From: Nemertoderma westbladi
Lineage: Eukaryota; Animalia; Xenacoelomorpha
Length of the DNA: 64,000 bases
Assembly (NCBI GenBank): GCA_032718475.1
Contig: JAUCBJ010000359.1
Location: 23,004 to 87,003, forward strand
Reading direction: 5' to 3'
Of this stretch, positions 30,001 through 41,999 are shown piece after piece. The notes beneath the pieces were generated by a model. The model searched no databases, had not been told where the DNA came from, and worked only from the letters and a program-made list of their open reading frames with translations. The position numbers were made by a program, and so were the translations under genes. The stretch's first letter is position 1, and each line of letters starts with the position of its first letter.

Positions 30001-33000
30001 AGAACGCTACCTATAAGGCAAAATATTACTAAAATAGAACAGAAAATATAAAATATTTGTAAAATAGAGAACGCTACCTATAAGGCAAAATATTACTAAA
30101 ATAGAACAGAAAATATAAAATATTTGTAAAATAGAGAACACTACCTATAATGGGAAAATATTAGTAAAATAGAGAACGCTACCTATAAGGCAAAATATTA
30201 CTAAAATAGAACAGAAAATATAAAATAATTGTAAAATAGAGAACGCTACCTATAATGGGAAAATATTAGTAAAATAGAGAACGCTACCTATAAGGGAAAA
30301 TATTACTAAAATAGAACAGAAAATATAAAATATTTGTAAAATAGAGAACGCTCCCTATAAGGCAAAATATTACTAAAATAGAACAGAAAATATAAAATAT
30401 TTGTAAAATAGAGAACGCTACCTATAATGGGAAAATATTAGTAAAATAGAGAACGTTACCTATAAGGCAAAATATTACTAAAATAGAACAGAAAATATAA
30501 AATATTTGTAAAATAGAGAACGCTACCTATAAGGCAAAATATTACTAAAATAGAACAGAAAATATAAAATATTTGTAAAATAGAGAACGCTACCTATAAG
30601 GCAAAATATTACTAAAATAGAACAGAAAATGTAAAATATTTGTTAAATAGAGAACGCTACCTATAAGGCAAAATATTACTAAAATAGAACAGAAAATATA
30701 AAATATTTGTAAAATAAAGAACGCTACCTATAAGGCAAAGTATTACTAAAATAGAACAGAAAATATAAAATATTTGTAAAATAGAGAACGCTACCTATAA
30801 TGGGAAAATATTAGTAAAATAGAGAACGCTACCTATAATGGCAAAATATTAGTAAAATAGCGAACGCTACCTATAAGGCAAAATATTACTAAAATAGAAC
30901 AGAAAATATAAAATATTTGTAAAATAGAGAATGCTACCTTTGGGAAAATATTAGTAAAATAGAGAACGCTACCTATAAGGCAAAATATTACTAAAATAGA
31001 ACAGAAAATATAAAATATTTGTAAAATAGAGAACGCTACCTATAAGGCAAAATATTACTAAAATAGAACAGAAAATATAAAATATTTGTAAAATAGAGAA
31101 CGCTACCTATAAGGCAAAATATTACTAAAATAGAACAGAAAATATAAAATATTTGTAAAATAGAGAACGCTACCTATAAGGCAAAATATTAGTAAAATAT
31201 AGAATGCTACCTATAATGGCAAAATATTAGTAAAATAGTGAACGCTACCTATAAGGCAAAATATTTGTAAAATAGAGAACGCTACCTATAAGGCAAAATA
31301 TTACTAAAATAGAACAAAAAATATAAAATATTTGTAAAATAGAGAACGCTACCTATAATGGGAAAATATTAGTAAAATAGAGAACGCTACCTATAAGGCA
31401 AAATAATACTAAAATAGAACAGAAAATATAAAATATTTGTAAAATAGAGAACGCTACCTATAAGGCAAAATATTACTAAAATAGAACAGAAAATATAAAA
31501 TATTTGTAAAATAGAGAACGCTACCTATAAGGCAAAATATTACTAAAATAGAACAGAAAATATAAAATATTTGTAAAATAGAGAACGCTACCTATAAGGC
31601 AAAATATTACTAAAATAGAACAGAAAATATAAAATATTTGTAAAATAGAGAACGCTACCTATAAGGCAAAATATTACTAAAATAGAACAGAAAATATAAA
31701 ATATTTGTAAAATAGAGAACGCTACCTATAATGGGAAAATATTAGTAAAATAGAGAACGCTACCTATAATGGCAAAATATTAGTAAAATAGTGAACGCTA
31801 CCTATAAGGCAAAATATTAGTAAAATATAGAACGCTACCTATAATGGCAAAATATTAGTAAAATAGTGAATGCTACCTATAAGGCAAAATATTAGTAAAA
31901 TAGAGAACGCTACCTATAATGGGAAAATATTAGTAAAATAGAGAACGCTACCTATAAGGCAAAATATTACTAAAATAGAACAGAAAATATAAAATATTTG
32001 TAAAATAGAGAACGCTACCTATAATGGGAAAATATTACTAAAATAGAACAGAAAATATAAAATATTTGTAAAATAGAGAACGCTACCTATAATGGGAAAA
32101 TATTAGTAAAATAGAGAACGCTACCTATAATGGCAAAATATTAGTAAAATAGTGAACGCTACCTATAAGGCAAAATATTAGTAAAATATAGAACGCTACC
32201 TATAATGGCAAAATATTAGTAAAATAGTGAACGCTACCTGTAAGGCAAAATATTTGTAAAATAGAGAAAGCTACCTATAAGGCAAAATATTACTAAAATA
32301 GAACAGAAAATATAAAATATTTGTAAAATAGAGAACGCTACCTATAATGGGAAAATATTAGTAAAATAGAGAACGCTACCTATAAGGCAAAATATTACTA
32401 AAATAGAACAGAAAATATAAAATATTTGTAAAATAGAGAACGCTACCTATAAGGCAAAATATTACTAAAATAGAACAGAAAATATAAAATATTTGTAAAA
32501 TAGAGAACACTACCTATAATGGGAAAATATTAGTAAAATAGAGAACGCTACCTATAAGGCAAAATATTACTAAAATAGAACAGAAAATATAAAATATTTG
32601 TAAAATAGAGAACGCTACCTATAATGGGAAAATATTAGTAAAATAGAGAACGCTACCTATAAGGGAAAATATTACTAAAATAGAACAGAAAATATAAAAT
32701 ATTTGTAAAATAGAGAACGCTACCTATAAGGCAAAATATTACTAAAATAGAACAGAAAATATAAAATATTTGTAAAATAGAGAACGCTACCTATAATGGA
32801 AAAATATTAGTAAAATAGAGAACGTTACCTATAAGGCAAAATATTACTAAAATAGAACAGAAAATATAAAATATTTGTAAAATAGAGAACGCTACCTATA
32901 AGGCAAAATATTACTAAAATAGAACAGAAAATATAAAATATTTGTAAAATAGAGAACGCTACCTATAAGGCAAAATATTACTAAAATAGAACAGAAAATA

Positions 33001-36000
33001 TAAAATATTTGTAAAATAGAGAACGCTACCTATAAGGCAAAATATTACTAAAATAGAACAGAAAATATAAAATATTTGTTAAATAGAGAACGCTACCTAT
33101 AAGGCAAAATATTACTAAAATAGAACAGAAAATATAAAATATTTGTAAAATAGAGAACGCTACCTATAATGGGAAAATATTAGTAAAATAGAGAACGCTA
33201 CCTATAATGGCAAAATATTAGTAAAATAGTGAACGCTACCTATAAGGCAAAATAATACTAAAATAGAACAGAAAATATAAAATATTTGTAAAATAGAGAA
33301 CGCTACCTATAAGGCAAAATATTACTAAAATAGAACAGAAAATATAAAATATTTGTAAAATAGAGAACGCTACCTATAAGGCAAAATATTACTAAAATAG
33401 AACAGAAAATATAAAATATTTGTTAAATAGAGAACGCTACCTATAAGGCAAAATATTACTAAAATAGAACAGAAAATATAAAATATTTGTAAAATAGAGA
33501 ACGCTACCTATAATGGGAAAATATTAGTAAAATAGAGAACGCTACCTATAATGGCAAAATATTAGTAAAATAGTGAACGCTACCTATAAGGCAAAATAAT
33601 ACTAAAATAGAACAAAAAATATAAAATATTTGTAAAATAGAGAACGCTACCTATAATGGGAAAATATTAGTAAAATAGAGAACGCTACCTATAAGGCAAA
33701 ATAATACTAAAATAGAACAGAAAATATAAAATATTTGTAAAATAGAGAACGCTACCTATAAGGCAAAATATTACTAAAATAGAACAGAAAATATAAAATA
33801 TTTGTAAAATAGAGAACGCTACCTATAAGGCAAAATATTACTAAAATAGAACAGAAAATATAAAATATTTGTAAAATAGAGAACGCTACCTATAAGGCAA
33901 AATATTACTAAAATAGAACAGAAAATATAAAATATTTGTAAAATAGAGAACGCTACCTATAAGGCAAAATATTACTAAAATAGAACAGAAAATATAAAAT
34001 ATTTGTAAAATAGAGAACGCTACCTATAATGGGAAAATATTAGTAAAATAGAGAACGCTACCTATAATGGCAAAATATTAGTAAAATAGTGAACGCTACC
34101 TATAAGGCAAAATATTAGTAAAATATAGAACGCTACCTATAATGGCAAAATATTAGTAAAATAGTGAATGCTACCTATAAGGCAAAATATTAGTAAAATA
34201 GAGAACGCTACCTATAATGGGAAAATATTAGTAAAATAGAGAACGCTACCTATAAGGCAAAATATTACTAAAATAGAACAGAAAATATAAAATATTTGTA
34301 AAATAGAGAACGCTACCTATAATGGGAAAATATTACTAAAATAGAACAGAAAATATAAAATATTTGTAAAATAGAGAACGCTACCTATAATGGGAAAATA
34401 TTAGTAAAATAGAGAACGCTACCTATAATGGCAAAATATTAGTAAAATAGTGAACGCTACCTATAAGGCAAAATATTAGTAAAATATAGAACGCTACCTA
34501 TAATGGCAAAATATTAGTAAAATAGTGAACGCTACCTGTAAGGCAAAATATTTGTAAAATAGAGAACGCTACCTATAAGGCAAAATATTACTAAAATAGA
34601 ACAGAAAATATAAAATATTTGTAAAATAGAGAACGCTACCTATAATGGGAAAATATTAGTAAAATAGAGAACGCTACCTATAAGGCAAAATATTACTAAA
34701 ATAGAACAGAAAATATAAAATATTTGTAAAATAGAGAACGCTACCTATAAGGCAAAATATTACTAAAATAGAACAGAAAATATAAAATATTTGTAAAATA
34801 GAGAACACTACCTATAATGGGAAAATATTAGTAAAATAGAGAACGCTACCTATAAGGCAAAATATTACTAAAATAGAACAGAAAATATAAAATATTTGTA
34901 AAATAGAGAACGCTACCTATAATGGGAAAATATTAGTAAAATAGAGAACGCTACCTATAAGGGAAAATATTACTAAAATAGAACAGAAAATATAAAATAT
35001 TTGTAAAATAGAGAACGCTACCTATAAGGCAAAATATTACTAAAATAGAACAGAAAATATAAAATATTTGTAAAATAGAGAACGCTACCTATAATGGAAA
35101 AATATTAGTAAAATAGAGAACGTTACCTATAAGGCAAAATATTACTAAAATAGAACAGAAAATATAAAATATTTGTAAAATAGAGAACGCTACCTATAAG
35201 GCAAAATATTACTAAAATAGAACAGAAAATATAAAATATTTGTAAAATAGAGAACGCTACCTATAAGGCAAAATATTACTAAAATAGAACAGAAAATATA
35301 AAATATTTGTAAAATAGAGAACGCTACCTATAAGGCAAAATATTACTAAAATAGAACAGAAAATATAAAATATTTGTTAAATAGAGAACGCTACCTATAA
35401 GGCAAAATATTACTAAAATAGAACAGAAAATATAAAATATTTGTAAAATAGAGAACGCTACCTATAATGGGAAAATATTAGTAAAATAGAGAACGCTACC
35501 TATAATGGCAAAATATTAGTAAAATAGTGAACGCTACCTATAAGGCAAAATATTAGTAAAATATAGAACGCTACCTATAATGGCAAAATATTAGTAAAAT
35601 AGTGAATGCTACCTATAAGGCAAAATATTAGTAAAATAGAGAACGCTACCTATAATGGGAAAATATTAGTAAAATAGAGAACGCTACCTATAATGGCAAA
35701 ATATTAGTAAAATAGTGAACGCTACCTATAAGGCAAAATATTAGTAAAATATAGAACGCTACCTATAATGGCAAAATATTAGTAAAATAGTGAACGCTAC
35801 CTGTAAGGCAAAATATTTGTAAAATAGAGAACGCTACCTATAAGGCAAAATATTACTAAAATAGAACAGAAAATATAAAATATTTGTAAAATAGAGAACG
35901 CTACCTATAATGGGAAAATATTAGTAAAATAGAGAACGCTACCTATAAGGCAAAATATTACTAAAATGGAACAGAAAATATAAAATATTTGTAAAATAGA

Positions 36001-39000
36001 GAACGCTACCTATAAGGCAAAATATTACTAAAATAGAACAGAAAATATAAAATATTTGTAAAATAGAGAACACTACCTATAATGGGAAAATATTAGTAAA
36101 ATAGAGAACGCTACCTATAAGGCAAAATATTACTAAAATAGAACAGAAAATATAAAATCTTTGTAAAATAGAGAACGCTACCTATAATGGGAAAATATTA
36201 GTAAAATAGAGAACGCTACCTATAAGGCAAAATATTACTAAAATAGAACAGAAAATATAAAATATTTGTAAAATAGAGAACGCTACCTATAAGGCAAAAT
36301 ATTACTAAAATAGAACAGAAAATATAAAATATTTGTAAAATAGAGAACGCTACCTATAAGGCAAAATATTACTAAAATAGAACAGAAAATATAAAATATT
36401 TGTAAAATAGAGAACGCTACCTATAAGGCAAAATATTACTAAAATAGAACAGAAAATATAAAATATTTGTAAAATAGAGAACGCTACCTATAATGGGAAA
36501 ATATTAGTAAAATAGAGAACGCTACCTATAAGGCAAAATATTACTAAAATAGAACAGAAAATATAAAATATTTGTAAAATAGAGAACGCTACCTATAAGG
36601 CAAAATATTACTAAAATAGAACAGAAAATATAAAATATTTGTAAAATAGAGAACGCTACCTATAATGGGAAAATATTAGTAAAATAGAGAACGCTACCTA
36701 TAAGGCAAAATATTACTAAAATAGAGAACGCTACCTATAATGGGAAAATATTAGTAAAATAGAGAACGCTACCTATAAGGCAAAATATTAGTAAAATAGA
36801 GAACGCTACCTATAATGGGAAAATATTAGTAAAATAGAGAACACTATATAATGGCAAAATATTAGTAAAATAGAGAACGCTACCTATAATGGGAAAATAT
36901 TAGTAAAATAGAGAACGCTACCTATAATGGGAAAATATTAGTAAAATAGAGAATGCTACCTATAAGGCAAAATATTAGTAAAATAGAGAACGCTACCTAT
37001 AAAGGCAAAATATTAGTCAAATAGAGAACGCTACCTATAAAGGGAAAATATTAGTAAAATAGAGAACGCTACCTATAATGGGAAAATATTAGTAAAATAG
37101 AGAACGCTACCTATAATGGGAAAATATTAGTAAAATAGAGAACGCTACCTATAAGGCAAAATATTAGTAAAATAGAGAACGCTACCTATAAAGGAAAAAT
37201 ATTAGTAAAATAGAGAACGCTACCTGTAATGGCAAAATATTAGTAAAATAGAGAACGCTACCTATAAAGGGAAAATATTAGTAAAATAGAGAACGCTACC
37301 TGTAATGGCAAAATAATAGTAAAATCGAGAACGCTACCTGTAATGGCAAAATATTAGTAAAATAGAGAACGCTACCTATAAGGCAAAATATTACTCAAAT
37401 AGAACAGAAAATATAAAATATTTGTAAAATAGAGAACGCTACCTATAAGGCAAAATATTACTAAAATAGAACAGAAAATATAAAATATTTGTAAAATAGA
37501 GAACGCTACCTATAAGGCAAAATATTACTAAAATAGAACAGAAAATATAAAATATTTGTAAAATAGAGAACGCTACCTATAATGGGAAAATATTAGTAAA
37601 ATAGAGAACGCTACCTATAAGGCAAAATATTAGTAAAATAGAGAACGCTACCTATAATTGGAAAATATTAGTAAAATAGAGAACGCTACCTATAAGGCAA
37701 AATATTAGTAAAATAGAGAACGCTACCTATAATGGGAAAATATTAGTAAAATAGAGAACACTATATAATGGCAAAATATTAGTAAAATAGAGAACGCTAC
37801 CTATAATGGGAAAATATTAGTAAAATAGAGAACGCTACCTATAATGGGAAAATATTAGTAAAATAGAGAACGCTACCTATAAGGCAAAATATTAGTAAAA
37901 TAGAGAACGCTACCTATAAAGGCAAAATATTAGTCAAATAGAGAACGCTACCTATAAAGGGAAAATATTTGTAAAATAGAGAACGCTACCTATAATGGGA
38001 AAATATTAGTAAAATAGAGAACGCTACCTATAATGGGAAAATATTAGTAAAATAGAGAACGCTACCTATAAGGCAAAATATTAGTAAAATAGAGAACGCT
38101 ACCTATAAAGGGAAAATATTAGTAAAATAGAGAACGCTACCTGTAATGGCAAAATATTAGTAAAATAGAGAACGCTACCTATAAAGGGAAAATATTAGTA
38201 AAATAGAGAACGCTACCTGTAATGGCAAAATAATAGTAAAATCGAGAACGCTACCTGTAATGGCAAAATATTAGTAAAATATAGAACGCTACCTATAAGG
38301 CAAAATATTACTAAAATAGAGAATGCTACCTATAATGGGAAAATATTAGTAAAATAGTGAACGCTACCTATAATGGGAAAATATTAGTAAAATAGTGAAC
38401 GCTACCTATAATGGGAAAATATTAGTAAAATAGTGAACGCTACCTATAATGGGAAAATATTAGTAAAATAGTGAACGCTACCTGTAATGGCAAAATATTA
38501 GTAAAATAGAGAACGCTACCTGAAATGGCAAAATATTAGTAAAATAGAGAACGCTACCTATAATGGGAAAATATTAGTAAAATAGAGAACGCTACCTATA
38601 AGGCAAAATATTACTAAAATAGAGAACGCTATATAATGGGAAAATATTAGTAAAATAGAGAATGCTACCTATAATGGGAAAATATTAGTAAAATAGAGAA
38701 CGCTACCTATAAGGCAAAATATTACTAAAATAGAGAACGCTACCTATAATGGGAAAATATTAGTAAAATAGTGAGCGCTACCTATAATGGGAAAATATTA
38801 GTAAAATAGTGAACGCTACCTATAATGGGAAAATATTAGTAAAATAGTGAACGCTACCTATAATGGGAAAATATTAGTAAAATAGTGAACGCTACCTGTA
38901 ATGGCAAAATATTAGTAAAATAGAGAACGCTACCTGTAATGGCAAAATATTAGTAAAATAGAGAACGCTACCTATAATGGGAAAATATTAGTAAAATAGA

Positions 39001-40341
39001 GAACGCTACCTATAAGGCAAAATATTACTAAAATAGAGAACGCTATATAATGGGAAAATATTAGTAAAATAGTGAACGCTACCTATAATGGCAAAATATT
39101 AGTAAAATAGAGAATGCTACCTATAATGGCAAAATAATAGTAAAAAAGAATAGAAAATATAAAATATTTGTAAAATAGAGAACGCTACCTGTAATGGCAA
39201 AATATTAGTAAAATAGAGAACGCTACCTATAATGGGAAAATATTAGTAAAATAGTGAACGCTACCTATAATGGGAAAATATTAGTAAAATAGTGAACGCT
39301 ACCTATAATGGGAAAATATTAGTAAAATAGTGAACGCTACCTATAATGGGAAAATATTAGTAAAATAGTGAACGCTACCTGTAATGGCAAAATATTAGTA
39401 AAATAGAGAACGCTATATAATGGGAAAATATTAGTAAAATAGTGAACGATACCTATAATGGCAAAATATTAGTAAAATAGAGAATGCTATAGAATGGGAA
39501 AATATTAGTAAAATAGTGAACGCTACCTATAATGGCAAAATAATAGTAAAAAAGAATAGAAAATATAAAATATTTGTAAAATAGTGAACGCTACCTGTAA
39601 AGGCAAAATATTAGTAAAATAGAGAACGCTACCTATAATGGGAAAATATTAGTAAAATAGAGAACGCTACCTATAAGGCAAAATATTAGTAAAATAGAGA
39701 ACGCTATATAATGGGAAAATACTAGTAAAATAGTGAACGCTACCTATAATGGCAAAATATTAGTAAAATAGAGAACGCTACCTATAAGGCAAAATATTAG
39801 TAAAATAGAGAACGCTACCTATAATGGGAAAATATTAGTAAAATAGAGAACGCTACCTATAAGGCAAAATAATACTAAAATAGAGAACGCTATATAATGG
39901 GAAAATATTAGTAAAATAGTGAACGCTACCTATAATGGCAAAATATTAGTAAAATAGAGAACGCTACCTATAATGGCAAAATAATAGTAAAAAAGAATAG
40001 AAAATATAAAATATTTGTAAAATAGAGAATGCTACCTGTAATGGCAAAATATTAGTAAAATAGAGAACGCTACCTATAATGGGAAAATATTAGTAAAATG
40101 GAGAACGCTACCTATAAGGCAAAATATTAGTAAAATAGAGAACGCTATATAATGGGAAAATATTAGTAAAATAGTGAACGCTACCTATAATGGCAAAATA
40201 TTAGTAAAATAGAGAACGCTACCTATAATGGGAAAATATTAGTAAAATAGAGAACGCTACCTATAAGGCAAAATATTAGTAAAATAGAGAACGCTACCTA
40301 TAATGGGAAAATATTAGTAAAATAGAGAACGCTACCTATAA
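1..40341 (+). repeat. Tandem satellite DNA array, 38-bp consensus monomer AAAATATTAGTAAAATAGAGAACGCTACCTATAATGGC with 36/37/67-bp variants
   Basis: Monomer start recurs at positions 1 and 39 (period 38). Uninterrupted head-to-tail copies run for 40 kb. Monomer is 18 A, 9 T, 6 G, 5 C. No unique spacers and no ORFs in the track. Confidence 0.99.
25090..37560 (+). repeat. Satellite sub-domain rich in a derived 67-bp composite unit (30-bp AAAATATTACTAAAATAGAACAGAAAATAT + 37-bp AAAATATTTGTAAAATAGAGAACGCTACCTATAAGGC)
   Basis: CTATAAGGC recurs at 27721 and 27788 (67 bp). The unit first appears singly at ~22440 and ~23915 and dominates ~27-36.6 kb. Boundaries approximate. Confidence 0.93.
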
Positions 40342-40375
40342 TCGACCCTTTTGCTAACTCAGTAATCAGACAGTC

Positions 40376-41929
40376 ATGAGCCAGTCACAATCAGTAGTTA
40401 ATAGGCATGTGTCCGGTCCTAATGCGGGTACCGGTGCAGGAGAACCCAGTAACAGGCGTGAGAGTTCTGGTAATACCACACCGGTTATTTCTGATAACTT
40501 ATTGGATGCAAATATGTGTAGACCCGACGGTGGCAATGTTATGGACACCAGTAGTACAGATGGTACCGGCCTCGAGAATTGTTTAACCAACTCCTCCTGG
40601 GCCGGGTCAACTCCAGGTGAACCGGTACCGGTAGTTGTAAATACGTGTTTGTCTTTTGCACTGCAATGTTTTTCTAATTCAGTATTTGGAATCGGTAGTA
40701 CTGCCTGCCTGAAGCGTTTCTCTCCTGAGCAGATTTGGGCATCCAAGGTTCTATTATTTAACAAGTGTCTGGGATCAAGTTCGGACTTGATCAATAGGCG
40801 AGATACTGCTGAACGTTCAGCTGCAGAAGCTAATGTCAAAGACATATGGGATAAGATTCGCGATCTCGATCGAGCGGGTAAGTTACCCCTAATAGCGGTG
40901 GATGCATTGGATGCTTTATCGCTTCCATCGTTTCCGATTACGAATGATTCAGATAGTGTAAATCAGGCAGATCAGTCAGCGGGTTTCTCTATGATTGAGG
41001 ACCGATTTCACTGTCTAACTGAGACTTTTACGTGTCAGATGAAGGCTATGGAGGTTGCATTTGCTGCGGAGTTGACTAAAGTAAACAGTAAGCTCGAATG
41101 CCTTAATGGTAAGATGGGTACATCACTGTCTGGGCAAGTCATATCGACATCGGTGAATGCGAATAGGGGCGTTCCACTAAGAGAATCGGGCGGACAGGAA
41201 CCATTGCCGGTTCCGCCGCTCCTTGACAGAGGAACGTTTCAAGATGTAGCGATAGCGAGGCACCAGCGGGTGGCGCAGCAGCATCAGCCATCAGGGGGTG
41301 GCTATCATACACGAGGTAACCTGACACAGCAAAGAGGGGGCGTTCATTCTGGGATGTTGGACAGACAGCCAGGGTCGCTTTCACGGGGTTACTATTCTCC
41401 GTTGGCCTCGCCGGCAGGCTCTCCGTCGATTGGGTATAATAGAGATAGAGGTAGTGTGAAGCGTCCGCGTCAGTCTTCCGACGACGGCGTTATCGAAGTG
41501 CAAGTTCAGGATGGCAGCGAGTTAGAGTGGCGCACTAAACAGTCGAAAACTCAGCGGCGCGAAAGTAAACGAATGGTGGTTGGTACAAAGAGTAGTCCTG
41601 GGGCGGATGGAGCACAGTCTCAGGCGGGCCTACGTGCTGCTCCGGCAGAGATTTTTGTTTCTCGTTGCTGTTCAGGGACCACCGCGAATGATATTATCCA
41701 GTGCTTTGCGTTGAAGAACGTTGATATACTGCCGAGTGCTGTTAGGAAGGTGTCCAGCGATGATTCCCGGGCAGCTAGTTTTCGTGTTGCGGTGCGAAGA
41801 CACCAATTAGACGTGGCGTTCAATGCTGAGATGTGGCCATCCGGTGTTTATGTGAGGGAGTGGGTCTATCGACCGTATCGTAGACCTGAACCTGAGAGGA
41901 GTGGCCTTGGAGACTTTCGTCGACAGTGA
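40376..41929 (+). CDS. LINE A ORF1 protein (517 aa), putative nucleic-acid chaperone with C-terminal RRM-like domain
   Basis: Intact ATG-to-TGA ORF directly upstream of the APE-RT ORF. Coiled-coil-like stretch (MKAMEVAFAAELTKVNSKLECLNGKM) and disordered G/S/R-rich middle. The C-terminal IFVSR...SFRVAV...MWPSGVYVREW pattern is typical of invertebrate LINE ORF1s. Confidence 0.85.
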   Translation: MSQSQSVVNRHVSGPNAGTGAGEPSNRRESSGNTTPVISDNLLDANMCRPDGGNVMDTSSTDGTGLENCLTNSSWAGSTPGEPVPVVVNTCLSFALQCFSNSVFGIGSTACLKRFSPEQIWASKVLLFNKCLGSSSDLINRRDTAERSAAEANVKDIWDKIRDLDRAGKLPLIAVDALDALSLPSFPITNDSDSVNQADQSAGFSMIEDRFHCLTETFTCQMKAMEVAFAAELTKVNSKLECLNGKMGTSLSGQVISTSVNANRGVPLRESGGQEPLPVPPLLDRGTFQDVAIARHQRVAQQHQPSGGGYHTRGNLTQQRGGVHSGMLDRQPGSLSRGYYSPLASPAGSPSIGYNRDRGSVKRPRQSSDDGVIEVQVQDGSELEWRTKQSKTQRRESKRMVVGTKSSPGADGAQSQAGLRAAPAEIFVSRCCSGTTANDIIQCFALKNVDILPSAVRKVSSDDSRAASFRVAVRRHQLDVAFNAEMWPSGVYVREWVYRPYRRPEPERSGLGDFRRQ

Positions 41930-41999
41930 TCTCCAGGCCGGATGTTGGTTAGTCACTCGAACTGCGTAATGAAACTGTGTTTCGAAATCTCTCTTAACA

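Noticed and set aside
1-40341. CRISPR-like array next to a reverse transcriptase
   Set aside because: The 38-bp units are contiguous with no unique spacers and no cas genes are present. The RTs are APE-linked eukaryotic non-LTR types, not retron, DGR, group II or RT-Cas1 types.
1-40341. TATAAT in each monomer as a bacterial -10 promoter array
   Set aside because: Eukaryotic satellite context with no downstream genes. The hexamer is expected in AT-rich DNA and is lost in the common TATAAGGC variant.
40420-40635. Repeated GGTACCGG / ACCGGT palindromes in LINE A ORF1
   Set aside because: Short, irregularly spaced, and explicable by Gly/Thr/Pro/Val codons in a low-complexity N-terminus.
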